Below, one piece after another: positions 19,380 to 27,635 of a DNA stretch of 34,619 bases. Under the pieces are notes generated by a model. The model had not been told where the DNA came from, did not search any database, and was given only the letters and a program-made list of their open reading frames with translations. The DNA comes from a virus (lineage: Duplodnaviria > Caudoviricetes), in the IMG/VR virus record IMGVR_UViG_3300033181_000230, positions 1 through 34,619 of that record; one strand, given 5' to 3'. Numbering within the stretch: position 1 is the first letter of the stretch; each line of letters starts with the position of its first letter. The position numbers were made by a program, and so were the translations under genes.

Positions 19380-21299
19380 GTGACGCTCAGCGACCGCCTG
19401 GCCGAGTCCTCGACCGTCGAGGAGATGGTGCGGTTCCCCGCCCTCGGCGGACCCGCGGGCCGGTTGCGCCACGAGCCCGACCCGGACGAGGAGCGCGAGT
19501 GGATCTGGCGCGACACCACCATCGGGCACTTGCGGCTCGACGGGAAGCGGCTGCACGTCAAGGTCGAGGAGGCCGTCACCTCGGCGGAGCTCGAGCGCAC
19601 CATCGAAGGCGCCTCGACCCTCACGATCGTGCTGCACGACCAGGCTCGTGCCCTTGTCGACTCGGACCTGTTCAACAGCCGCGTGGTGGTCGAGATCGAC
19701 AATCTCCGCTTCGCCCTCGTGAAGGTCGCCAAGCAGAACGACGACTTCACGCTCACCTTCGAGGATGACGCGATCAACCGCCTCCGCGGGATGCGCGGCC
19801 CGAAGCGCGCGTTCCGCGACCAGGTGACCCGCGCCGAGTTCGTGCGCAGCCTCATCCGCGACGTCAAGCACCCCGTCATCCGGTTCTACTGTCCGGAGGT
19901 CCATCGCCGCCAGCCGATCGGGAAGCGGGCGATCACGAAAGCGTCGCAGCGGATCACGCGGCGTCAGCGGGGCGTGCAACGCAAGTCCGGCTTCGGCCCG
20001 GGGGTGTCGTTCACGATCAAGGGCTCCCGCGCTAGCCCGAACCAGGTGCGCAACTGCGAGCGGGTGCTCGACGTCGGCGCGTCGATGGGCGCCACCAAAA
20101 CGGTGCTGCTCGCGTCGATCATGACGATCATCCAGGAGTCCACCGCGGAGAACCTCGGCGGTGGGGACCGGGACTCCGCCGGGCTCTTCCAGCAGCGCCC
20201 CTCCCAAGGGTGGGGCTCCCACGCGCAGGTCACCGACCCGGAGCACGCGGCGCACTCTTTTTTCGCCCGGGCGATCGGGAAGTCCGGCTCCCCGGGGGCT
20301 ATCTCCCAGAGCGTGCAGGGCTCCGCGTTCCCGCACGCCTACGACCAGTGGCGCGGCGAGGCGAACACGATCGTCGACGCCTTCCACGGCGGCGCCGGTA
20401 GCCCCGGCGGCCTCGACACGACGACCACGAGTCAGCGCGCTGTGCGCTACGCGTTCTCGGTCGGGCGCAATGAGGACTACTGGACGGCGATCAACCGCCT
20501 CGCCAAAGAGGTCCAGTGGCGGTGCTTCATGGTCGCCGGCACCTTCTACTTCATCGAGGACACAGAGCTCTACGCGTCCCGCGCCCGGATGCGGCTCTCC
20601 GAGCACAACCAGTCGGTGGACTGGATCAACTACGAGTGGGACACCGGCCATGCCGTCGCAGAGGCGACCGTCGAGTGCCGCGCGAACGAGTGGGAGGCAC
20701 CGCCGGGCACCGTGGTCGAGATCACCGATCCGGGGCCGCAGAAGGGCCGGTGGCTCGTGAACACGATCCACCGCTCGCTGTTCTCCCGGCACGCGGAGAT
20801 CAAGCTCCATAAGCCGATGGTCGCGCTCCCCGAGCCGGCGCCGCAGGTGGTGACCGTCACGAAGACGACGCACGGCGGTCTGATCGGCGGGAGCCTCCCG
20901 AGCGGCGGGATCGGCGCGACCAAGGGCAAGGCGGGCGTGATGCTCCGCAAGGCCACCGAGATCGACTCCCACAACTACCCGTACGTGTGGGGCGGCGGGC
21001 ACAACAGCTTCTTCAGCCCGCCGTACGACTGCTCCGGTGGCGTCTCAGCCGTCCTGCACGCCGGTGGTCTGCTCGGGAGCCCGCTCACGTCCGGTGGGCT
21101 CATGAGCTGGGGGGCACCGGGCCCCGGGAGCTTCCTCACCGTCTACGCGAAGGGCGACCACGTCTTCATGCGGATCAACGGCCGCTTCTGGGGCACCAGC
21201 GGTTTCGCGCGGCCCAACGGCGGTGCGGGGTTCTTCAACCAGACCCCCGGCGCCTCCTATCTCTCCGCGTTCACCGTCCGCCACTGGCCCGGGCTCTAG
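19380..21299 (+). CDS. Baseplate hub protein with inserted lysozyme-like domain and C-terminal NlpC/P60 peptidase
   Basis: Hub-like N- and mid-regions; QES..ENL.GGDRDSAGLFQQRPSQGWG (lysozyme-like); PYVWGGGH...DCSG...HVFM (NlpC/P60 Cys-His). Confidence 0.8.
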   Translation: MTLSDRLAESSTVEEMVRFPALGGPAGRLRHEPDPDEEREWIWRDTTIGHLRLDGKRLHVKVEEAVTSAELERTIEGASTLTIVLHDQARALVDSDLFNSRVVVEIDNLRFALVKVAKQNDDFTLTFEDDAINRLRGMRGPKRAFRDQVTRAEFVRSLIRDVKHPVIRFYCPEVHRRQPIGKRAITKASQRITRRQRGVQRKSGFGPGVSFTIKGSRASPNQVRNCERVLDVGASMGATKTVLLASIMTIIQESTAENLGGGDRDSAGLFQQRPSQGWGSHAQVTDPEHAAHSFFARAIGKSGSPGAISQSVQGSAFPHAYDQWRGEANTIVDAFHGGAGSPGGLDTTTTSQRAVRYAFSVGRNEDYWTAINRLAKEVQWRCFMVAGTFYFIEDTELYASRARMRLSEHNQSVDWINYEWDTGHAVAEATVECRANEWEAPPGTVVEITDPGPQKGRWLVNTIHRSLFSRHAEIKLHKPMVALPEPAPQVVTVTKTTHGGLIGGSLPSGGIGATKGKAGVMLRKATEIDSHNYPYVWGGGHNSFFSPPYDCSGGVSAVLHAGGLLGSPLTSGGLMSWGAPGPGSFLTVYAKGDHVFMRINGRFWGTSGFARPNGGAGFFNQTPGASYLSAFTVRHWPGL

Positions 21300-21575
21300 A
21301 TGCCCCGCCTCGACCAGCTCCTCCGCGACCAGCACTTCGAGCTCTCCCAGCAGCCCGTCGCGTGGAGCGCGACGATCGCCAACGCCCCGGCCAGCGTGTC
21401 CTCTGACGTGTTCGTCGTCATCTCCGCGATCGACCCGATGGCAAGGGTCGGGCCGTGCCCGTGGACACCGAGACCGATCGCGGGCGGCGTGCTGCTCCCC
21501 GCGGTCGGGGACTTCGCGCTCGTCGTCTTCGACGAGACCGAGCGGCCGTGGATCACCTGCTGGACACCGCACTGA
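21300..21575 (+). CDS. Short baseplate spike/gpV-like OB-fold protein
   Basis: LPAVGDFALVVFDETERPWI motif; gene position fits. Confidence 0.65.
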   Translation: MPRLDQLLRDQHFELSQQPVAWSATIANAPASVSSDVFVVISAIDPMARVGPCPWTPRPIAGGVLLPAVGDFALVVFDETERPWITCWTPH

Positions 21576-21587
21576 ACAGGAGGCCGC

Positions 21588-21902
21588 ATGCCACCTCAGG
21601 TCCCGCACCTCCGAGTGCCGATCCGCTTCGAGAAGGGCCGCGCCGCGCTCGTCGAGCAGGACACCCAGGAGGAGATCGAGCAGTGCGTCGAAGCGATCAT
21701 CCGCTACCCGCTCGGCTACCGCCTCGACCAGCCCGACTTTGGGGTCGCGGACCCCGCGTTCTCGCAGGCACCCGTCGGCACCGAGGACCTGGAGGCCGCG
21801 ATCATGACGTGGGAGCCCCGCGCCGACGCGCTCCTCGAGGAGAACCCCGACTCGCTCGACTCGCTCGTTGACCGTATTCGCGTGACGGGCCGGGCGGACT
21901 GA
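21588..21902 (+). CDS. Baseplate wedge protein (gp25/gpW-like)
   Basis: IEQCVEAIIRYPLGYRLDQPDFGV...AIMTWEPRA. Confidence 0.85.
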   Translation: MPPQVPHLRVPIRFEKGRAALVEQDTQEEIEQCVEAIIRYPLGYRLDQPDFGVADPAFSQAPVGTEDLEAAIMTWEPRADALLEENPDSLDSLVDRIRVTGRAD

Positions 21903-23077
21903 TGGCCGAGTACATCACCGTCCCGATCAAGACGGACCCCGACGACCTGAAGCTCGACGCCTTCCAGCGCCTCTCAGACCTCGTGCCCGGCTGGCAGCCG
22001 GCGGAGAGCAACTTCGAGACGATCCACATCGCGGCGCTGGCGGAGATGGTCGCCGAAGCGCGGGATGTCGCCAGCGACGTGCCCGCCGCGATCTTCCGGT
22101 ACTTCGGGCGGACCCTCGCGCAGCTCCCGCCGATCGACGCGGTTGCTGCCACCGCCACCTCGACGTGGACGGTGAAGGACACGGCCGGCTACACGATCCC
22201 TGCTGGCACGTTGGTCGGGGTGCGCGATTCGGCGGGGAACCTGCTCGTGTTCGCCACCACACTGGACCGGGTCGTCCCGAACGGGCGGACCACGGTCGGC
22301 GCGGTCGCGCTCGAGGCGCAGGAGCCCGGGGCGGCCGGCACCGCGCTCGGGATCGCCGGCGCCCCGGTCGAGCTGATCGACGCCCTGGACTACGTGACTG
22401 CCATCACGCTCGTGGCGCCGACGTCGGGGGGCATCGACGCCGAGGATGACGACACCTACCTGAACCGCCTCACCACCGAGCTCCAGTTGCAGGCGCCGCG
22501 CCCGATCCTCCCCCGGGACTTCGCGGCGCTCTCTCAGAACATCCCCGGCGTCGGGCGGGCCCTCGCCTTGGACGGGTACATCCCTGGCACCCCTCCGCAG
22601 ACCGGGCAGCAGCGCGCCGTGACCGTCGCTTTGGTCGACATTGCGGGCCAGCCGGTCTCCCAGGCGATCCGCACCGCAGTGCAGAGCTACCTGCAGGCGC
22701 GGCGCGAAGTGAACTTCCTCGTCTCCACGATGGACCCCACCTACACCCTTGTCGCGGTCACGTTCACGGCGATCGCGGGGAAGGGCTGGGACCCGACCGA
22801 CGTGCACGACCGTGCCATAGCGGCGCTCCAGGCCTTCCTGAGCCCCGCGACGTGGGGCACCGTCGCGGCGGGCGAGGCGCGGCAGTGGATCAACGTGCCA
22901 TTGGTCCGCTACCTCGAGGTCGCGACGGTCCTGAACAACGTCGCGGGGCTCGACTACGTCACCGCCCTGACGCTCGGCGTGCAGGGCGCCGCGATGGCCG
23001 CGACGGACACGGCGCTCGCGGGGGATGCGCCGCTGCCAGGGCCCGGCACGATGACCGGCACGCTCACCACGCCGTGA
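21902..23077 (+). CDS. Baseplate J-like protein
   Basis: TIPAGTLV; A.EPGAAG; GGIDAEDDDTYLNRL; DFAALSQNIPGVGRA. Confidence 0.9.
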   Translation: MAEYITVPIKTDPDDLKLDAFQRLSDLVPGWQPAESNFETIHIAALAEMVAEARDVASDVPAAIFRYFGRTLAQLPPIDAVAATATSTWTVKDTAGYTIPAGTLVGVRDSAGNLLVFATTLDRVVPNGRTTVGAVALEAQEPGAAGTALGIAGAPVELIDALDYVTAITLVAPTSGGIDAEDDDTYLNRLTTELQLQAPRPILPRDFAALSQNIPGVGRALALDGYIPGTPPQTGQQRAVTVALVDIAGQPVSQAIRTAVQSYLQARREVNFLVSTMDPTYTLVAVTFTAIAGKGWDPTDVHDRAIAALQAFLSPATWGTVAAGEARQWINVPLVRYLEVATVLNNVAGLDYVTALTLGVQGAAMAATDTALAGDAPLPGPGTMTGTLTTP

Positions 23078-23685
23078 GACCCCTCGTAGCGCCCGTCACC
23101 GAGGAGCTCTACACGGCCCTCCTGCCGCTCGCGTGGGAGGACGAGCAGCACGACTGGGCGACCCTCAAGCTGCTCGAGGTCTCCGCGTTTCTGCTCCAGG
23201 AGATCGAGGACCTCGTCCGCGACACCCCAGCCGGGCCGGGATGGTCCGTCGTGATGGACGTCAACCGCGCCCCGGCGAAGTGGCTCGGGTGGCTCGCGCA
23301 GTTCGCCGGCGTGCAGCTCCAGCGCGGACTGAGCGACGCGGCGCAGCGCGCCCGAATCGCCACCACGGACGGGCAGCAGCGCGGCGCCCCCAACGCCCTG
23401 ATCGGCGCGGCGCGGCAGTACCTGACGGGCGCGCAGACCGTGATCCTCCGCGAGAGGGACGGCTCGGCCTACCGGCTGACGGTCATCACCTACACCTCGC
23501 AGACCCCGAACCAGGCGCAGGCGCTCGCAGCGATGCTCGAGCAGAAGCCCGCTGGCCTCGTCCTGAACTACCTCGTGCTCACCGGGCAGGACTACACGAC
23601 CCTGCGCGCGCGCAACGCGTCCTACACCGCGATGCGGTCCGCCTACGCCTCCTACCAGGTCGCACGCGACCTGCAAGCAGCCTGA
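23074..23685 (+). CDS. Baseplate/tail protein I-like
   Basis: DVNRAPAKWLGWLAQFAGV...RG...EQKPAG; follows gpJ. Confidence 0.8.
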   Translation: MRPLVAPVTEELYTALLPLAWEDEQHDWATLKLLEVSAFLLQEIEDLVRDTPAGPGWSVVMDVNRAPAKWLGWLAQFAGVQLQRGLSDAAQRARIATTDGQQRGAPNALIGAARQYLTGAQTVILRERDGSAYRLTVITYTSQTPNQAQALAAMLEQKPAGLVLNYLVLTGQDYTTLRARNASYTAMRSAYASYQVARDLQAA

Positions 23686-23698
23686 AAGGGGAGCACCC

Positions 23699-23989
23699 TT
23701 GAGCGACACGGCCACCACGCAGTGGGACGCGCTGAACCAGCCCGCATGGCTCGATCATCTCCGGGCGAAGGGCGCGGAGATCGTCACCGCCGTCGCCGGG
23801 CTCCACGTCGAGTTCGTCGGCGAGGTCCGCCTGAGCGTTGACGGGGTGCCCGTCGCGTTGCGCTGGGCGGGCGAGGAGGTCACATTGGACGTCGGGACGC
23901 AGGATGGTGGCGGGTCGATGTACTCGTGGACGGTGCCGCTGAGCTGGCTCGCCCCCACCCCAGCCCCCACCCCGCCCGCGGTGGCGTAG
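23699..23989 (+). CDS. Hypothetical protein
   Basis: TTG start after AAGGGGAG; fills the gap in the operon. Confidence 0.55.
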   Translation: MSDTATTQWDALNQPAWLDHLRAKGAEIVTAVAGLHVEFVGEVRLSVDGVPVALRWAGEEVTLDVGTQDGGGSMYSWTVPLSWLAPTPAPTPPAVA

Positions 23990-23992
23990 GTC

Positions 23993-24988
23993 ATGGCCAC
24001 CACTCTGCGCTGGGGGCTCCGCTACCCCGCGCTCACCGACACCGCCGACGTCCCGAGAGACATCGGGAACCTCGCCACGGATCTCGACGGGGTCGCGTTC
24101 GACGATCAGGGCACCGCCGCGAACTGCCCGGTCTCGACGCCCCAGACGCCGGGGAAGAAGGGCCGCTACTACTGGGCGACCGACGCCCTGTTGCTCTTCC
24201 GCGACAACGGCACGGGGTGGAACACGATCAACCCGACGCTCGCGGTGGATGGCGCTCCCGGTGTCGGGACGCTCCGCACCCTCGGCTCCGGTCCGCAGCA
24301 GGCCGCGCCCGGCAACGACGCGCGCCTCACCGACCAGCGCACCCCGCTGGATGCGAGTGTGACGGTGGGGAAGGTCTCCCCGTTGCTCATCCCGTCGCAG
24401 GGCGCGTCGGGCAACGCTGAGACGCTCCGGGCGATCGGCACCGCGGCTGGGCAGGTCGTCGCGGGTAGCGATCCGAAGCTCACCGACCAACGCACCCCGC
24501 TCAACGGGAGCGTCACTCTCCCAAAGCTCGCGGCCGACGCAACGGCGAAGCTCGGCGGGGCGCGCTACTTCGTCACTGAGCCCGGATCGGACTACCTCCG
24601 TGACGGGGACAGCACGCCGTCGGGCAGCATCTTCTCGCTCATCTCCCCGGCCTATCAGCGGCGTCTCACCGTCTCCGGCGGAGACATCTTCATCGGCTTC
24701 TCGTGCCGGTATTCGGTGAGCAACGTGCCGCCCGGCCGAGCGGCCTTCGCGATCCTCGTGGATGGCGTGCAGACCGGCCGGATCGGGAACGCAGCGACAA
24801 CTGGCATTGGCGAAACCGACGTCGAGTTCCGCTTCGCGATGACGCTGACGGGCATCCCGGCAGGTAGCCACCTCTTCGCGCTGCACTTCCGTCGCGTCAG
24901 CGGCGCGAACCGTTCGCAGATATGGGGGCCGGAGTTGGAGATCCGCGAGGTTCTGCCCGGCAGCGGGAACACCGGGACCGCTTCGTGA
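23993..24988 (+). CDS. Tail fibre / receptor-binding protein
   Basis: N-terminal GLRYPALTDTADVPRDIGNLA anchor motif, a duplicated internal repeat, and a beta-rich C-terminus. Confidence 0.7.
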   Translation: MATTLRWGLRYPALTDTADVPRDIGNLATDLDGVAFDDQGTAANCPVSTPQTPGKKGRYYWATDALLLFRDNGTGWNTINPTLAVDGAPGVGTLRTLGSGPQQAAPGNDARLTDQRTPLDASVTVGKVSPLLIPSQGASGNAETLRAIGTAAGQVVAGSDPKLTDQRTPLNGSVTLPKLAADATAKLGGARYFVTEPGSDYLRDGDSTPSGSIFSLISPAYQRRLTVSGGDIFIGFSCRYSVSNVPPGRAAFAILVDGVQTGRIGNAATTGIGETDVEFRFAMTLTGIPAGSHLFALHFRRVSGANRSQIWGPELEIREVLPGSGNTGTAS

Positions 24989-25015
24989 GGCGACGCATGC
25001 CGAACGTGATCCCGC

Positions 25016-25345
25016 ATGGCCGCTGACCCTCGCACGCGGTACGACGACGACTACCTCGACTTGAAGTTCAAGGTGCTCGACGAGTACCGCGTCGCTGAGC
25101 ACCGGGAGCATGAGCAGGTCCGCGCCGACATCGACAAGGTCCGCTCCGACATGCTCGCGGGGTTCGACGCGCTCCGCGCGCTTCACACCGCGCAGGAGGA
25201 GAAGCGCGAGACCGCCCGCAAGGAGGCGGTCGCCAGAGCGGTCGAGGTCAGGAAGACCGCTCGCCGCGACCTTCTGCTCGCGTTGTCGGTTGCCGCGGCG
25301 TTCCTCGGGGCGATCGGCGGCCTTCTGGGGGTGTTCTTGCATTGA
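25016..25345 (+). CDS. Coiled-coil protein with C-terminal transmembrane helix (lysis-associated membrane protein)
   Basis: Charged helix followed by LLLALSVAAAFLGAIGGLLGVFL. Confidence 0.6.
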   Translation: MAADPRTRYDDDYLDLKFKVLDEYRVAEHREHEQVRADIDKVRSDMLAGFDALRALHTAQEEKRETARKEAVARAVEVRKTARRDLLLALSVAAAFLGAIGGLLGVFLH

Positions 25346-25725
25346 CCCGCCTTCATTCTCTTCTGCCAGTCGTCGGAGTGGCGTTGCTGCTCGGCGCGGC
25401 GGTCGTCCTCACGCAGCTACAGCTCGCTCGTGACCGCGTGAGCGCTTCGACCTTGCACGCCGCGCAGATCGGGTCGTGCCGTCGCGTCAACGTCCTCAGG
25501 GACACGGCCAACCATATCGCGCGCCGCCAGCTCACGTTGGTCGAGCTGGTAGCCACGCAGCGCACAAAGGAGGTCAGTGTGCAAAGGCATCTTCCCGGCT
25601 ACCTAGCGAAGCTCTACCGGCTCCGCGCCGAGGCGACGTACGACCCGCTCACGGACTGCGAGCAGGCCGTCGATCATCCCTTGAGCTACGTGGCGCCCCG
25701 GCCCGTCCCGTTCATCCGGCGATGA
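25342..25725 (+). CDS. N-terminally anchored membrane protein
   Basis: TM segment [17 protein letters not shown]; two Cys in the extracellular part. Confidence 0.55.
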   Translation: MTRLHSLLPVVGVALLLGAAVVLTQLQLARDRVSASTLHAAQIGSCRRVNVLRDTANHIARRQLTLVELVATQRTKEVSVQRHLPGYLAKLYRLRAEATYDPLTDCEQAVDHPLSYVAPRPVPFIRR

Positions 25726-26333
25726 CCCGGCTCCGCGCGATCCTTCCGATCTTCGGTGCCGCGTTGCTGTTCGCGGCCGCCCTGGCTGTCCCGCGGGTGC
25801 AGATCGCCAGCGAGCAGGCCAAGCTCAGGGACACACAGGCGAGGATCAAAGACACGCAGGCACGGATCGCCGAGCTGGCGCAGCAACGCGCGGACGCCGC
25901 GGGGCACGCCGCCACTCAGGCCCAGAACGCGACCCGTCGCAACGCCCGCGCGATCAACGGGGTGCAGCACACCGCCACTCACGTCGTCAGGTTCCTCCGC
26001 GGCCAGCAGGGCTTCGCGGGGGTGCAGGGGCGCGGCGGCCAGCTTGGCGCTCCCGGCCCGCCCGGCACTCGTGGCCTCCCCGGCCCGTTCGGCCCGATCG
26101 GCCCGCTGGGCCCCACGGGCGCACCCGGGGCGAAGGGCGACGCCGGGGCGAACGGCAAGGACGGGGCCCCCGGAGCCAAGGGCGACACCGGACCGACCGG
26201 TCCCCCGGGCGGCACGGGACCCGCGGGACCACCCGGTCCTCAAGGCCCTCCAGGCCCGCAGGGGCCGGCACCGTCGACCGTGACTTGCACGCCGAGCTCC
26301 ACCCCCGGCACCTTCACCTGCACCAACCCGTAG
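25722..26333 (+). CDS. Membrane-anchored collagen-like protein
   Basis: N-terminal TM, coiled coil, a long uninterrupted Gly-X-Y run, and a C-terminal C-x9-C loop. Confidence 0.75.
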   Translation: MTRLRAILPIFGAALLFAAALAVPRVQIASEQAKLRDTQARIKDTQARIAELAQQRADAAGHAATQAQNATRRNARAINGVQHTATHVVRFLRGQQGFAGVQGRGGQLGAPGPPGTRGLPGPFGPIGPLGPTGAPGAKGDAGANGKDGAPGAKGDTGPTGPPGGTGPAGPPGPQGPPGPQGPAPSTVTCTPSSTPGTFTCTNP

Positions 26334-26362
26334 CCGCACCTCACCCCGAAAGGAGCCCGTCC

Positions 26363-26719
26363 GTGCGCTCCCTACTCGCAGTTGCCCTCGTCCTCCTTGC
26401 GTTGCCCGCGCTCGCGCTCGCACGCACGTTCGGCAAGCACTACACCGTCCAGTCGACCGCGTACACCGGGTCGGGTGGCGGCGGGGTGTTCTGCACCGGC
26501 CAGCCACCGCATTTCGGTGAGGTCGCTGTTCCCGGCCCCGGGCTGTACGGGCATTTGCCGTGCGGAACCCTCATCCATTTGGACCGTGCCGTTCATGGCC
26601 GCAGGTACTTCCGTGTCATGGACCGGATCGGATGCTGTTCCCAACTTGACTTCTACCTGCCGAGCGGCGCCGGCGCGTATGGGCGTCGCCGCGTCGGGTA
26701 TCGCGTGGTCGTGCGATGA
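26363..26719 (+). CDS. Secreted 3D-domain (MltA-like) peptidoglycan hydrolase
   Basis: GTG after GAAAGGAG; signal peptide ending ALA; STAY...VAV...GTLI...VMDRIG...LDFY...GRR pattern (first Asp not evident). Confidence 0.7.
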   Translation: MRSLLAVALVLLALPALALARTFGKHYTVQSTAYTGSGGGGVFCTGQPPHFGEVAVPGPGLYGHLPCGTLIHLDRAVHGRRYFRVMDRIGCCSQLDFYLPSGAGAYGRRRVGYRVVVR

Positions 26720-26752
26720 CGCCTCGCAACTGCAAGCGCACGGGAGTGCGCC

Positions 26753-27140
26753 GTGAAGCAGCGTAAGGCCGCTATAGGGGGCCCCGACTATGGGCCGATC
26801 TGCCCGACATGTGGTGGTCCGAAGGCGAAGGCCGCGCATAGGTGTATGGGCTGCCGTAGTGCAGCCGCGAAGACCAGCGAGCAGGCATGCGGCTCACCGT
26901 CGGGCCATGCAACGTCGTCGCGGGATGACCGAGCAGGACAGCCGGTACGCCGAAGTCGTTCGTCGTGATCCGTGCAGCTATTGCGCGAGCCCAACCAGCG
27001 ACCACGCCGACCACATCGTCGCGGTTGTACATGACAGTGAGCCTGGATGGACGAATCTGACCGGCGCGTGTCGTCGGTGCAACCACGCGAAGTCCAGCCG
27101 GGAACTGCTTCGTTTCATGCTGGCGGAGGTAAGCGGATGA
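26753..27140 (+). CDS. HNH endonuclease, apparently split into a Zn-finger ORF (26753-26968) and an HNH ORF (26907/26925-27140)
   Basis: CPTC...CMGC in one frame; RDPCSYC...DHIV...NLTGACRRCNHAKS in the +1 frame. Confidence 0.65.
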
Positions 27141-27610
27141 GCAAGCCCAGCAGTTCCTTTCGGATGATCGACAACCGGCCGTGCCCTGAGCGGATTGCAC
27201 CGTACATCGCGGTGATCACCAAGGGCTCAACGGTGAACAGCATCTACCGGGGGTCAGATGCCGCCGACCTTCTGCACAAATACGGCGCTCACACGCAGCG
27301 AGAAATACACGAGATGTACCCGGGGATCTCCAACCCCGAGGGCGAGAGCACGCACGACGGGCACAAAGGCGGCGCGTACCCGGGCCGGCCGACCGATCGC
27401 GCGGAGTGGTGGATGCAGGGCTGGGACGTCAACGACGGGGACGTTCAGCGTGTAATCGCCGCCGCTGGGCGCCGCGGCTGGCGCGTCTTCCGGCCGTACT
27501 CGCGCGGCGCCGAGTTCCACCACTTAAATTTTGCCGCGCCACCGCGGCCGCAGAACATCGGCCAACGCATCCGCCTGAACCTCATCCGCGCCCGCCTGCC
27601 CCGCCGGTAA
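27137..27610 (+). CDS. Peptidase M15-like zinc peptidoglycan peptidase (candidate endolysin)
   Basis: NSIYR...Q...SNPEGESTH...WD...GW...EFHH matches the SxH...D...ExxH LAS-fold layout. Confidence 0.65.
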   Translation: MSKPSSSFRMIDNRPCPERIAPYIAVITKGSTVNSIYRGSDAADLLHKYGAHTQREIHEMYPGISNPEGESTHDGHKGGAYPGRPTDRAEWWMQGWDVNDGDVQRVIAAAGRRGWRVFRPYSRGAEFHHLNFAAPPRPQNIGQRIRLNLIRARLPRR

Positions 27611-27635
27611 CAACCTCTTCGAAGGGAGGCGCCTG

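Noticed and set aside
13872-23685. Extracellular contractile injection system or tailocin
   Set aside because: Terminase, portal, capsid and a repressor/cro switch are present, so this is a phage.
23993-24988. Diversity-generating retroelement or invertible tail-fibre cassette
   Set aside because: No reverse transcriptase, invertase or adenine-variant template repeat is seen in the window.
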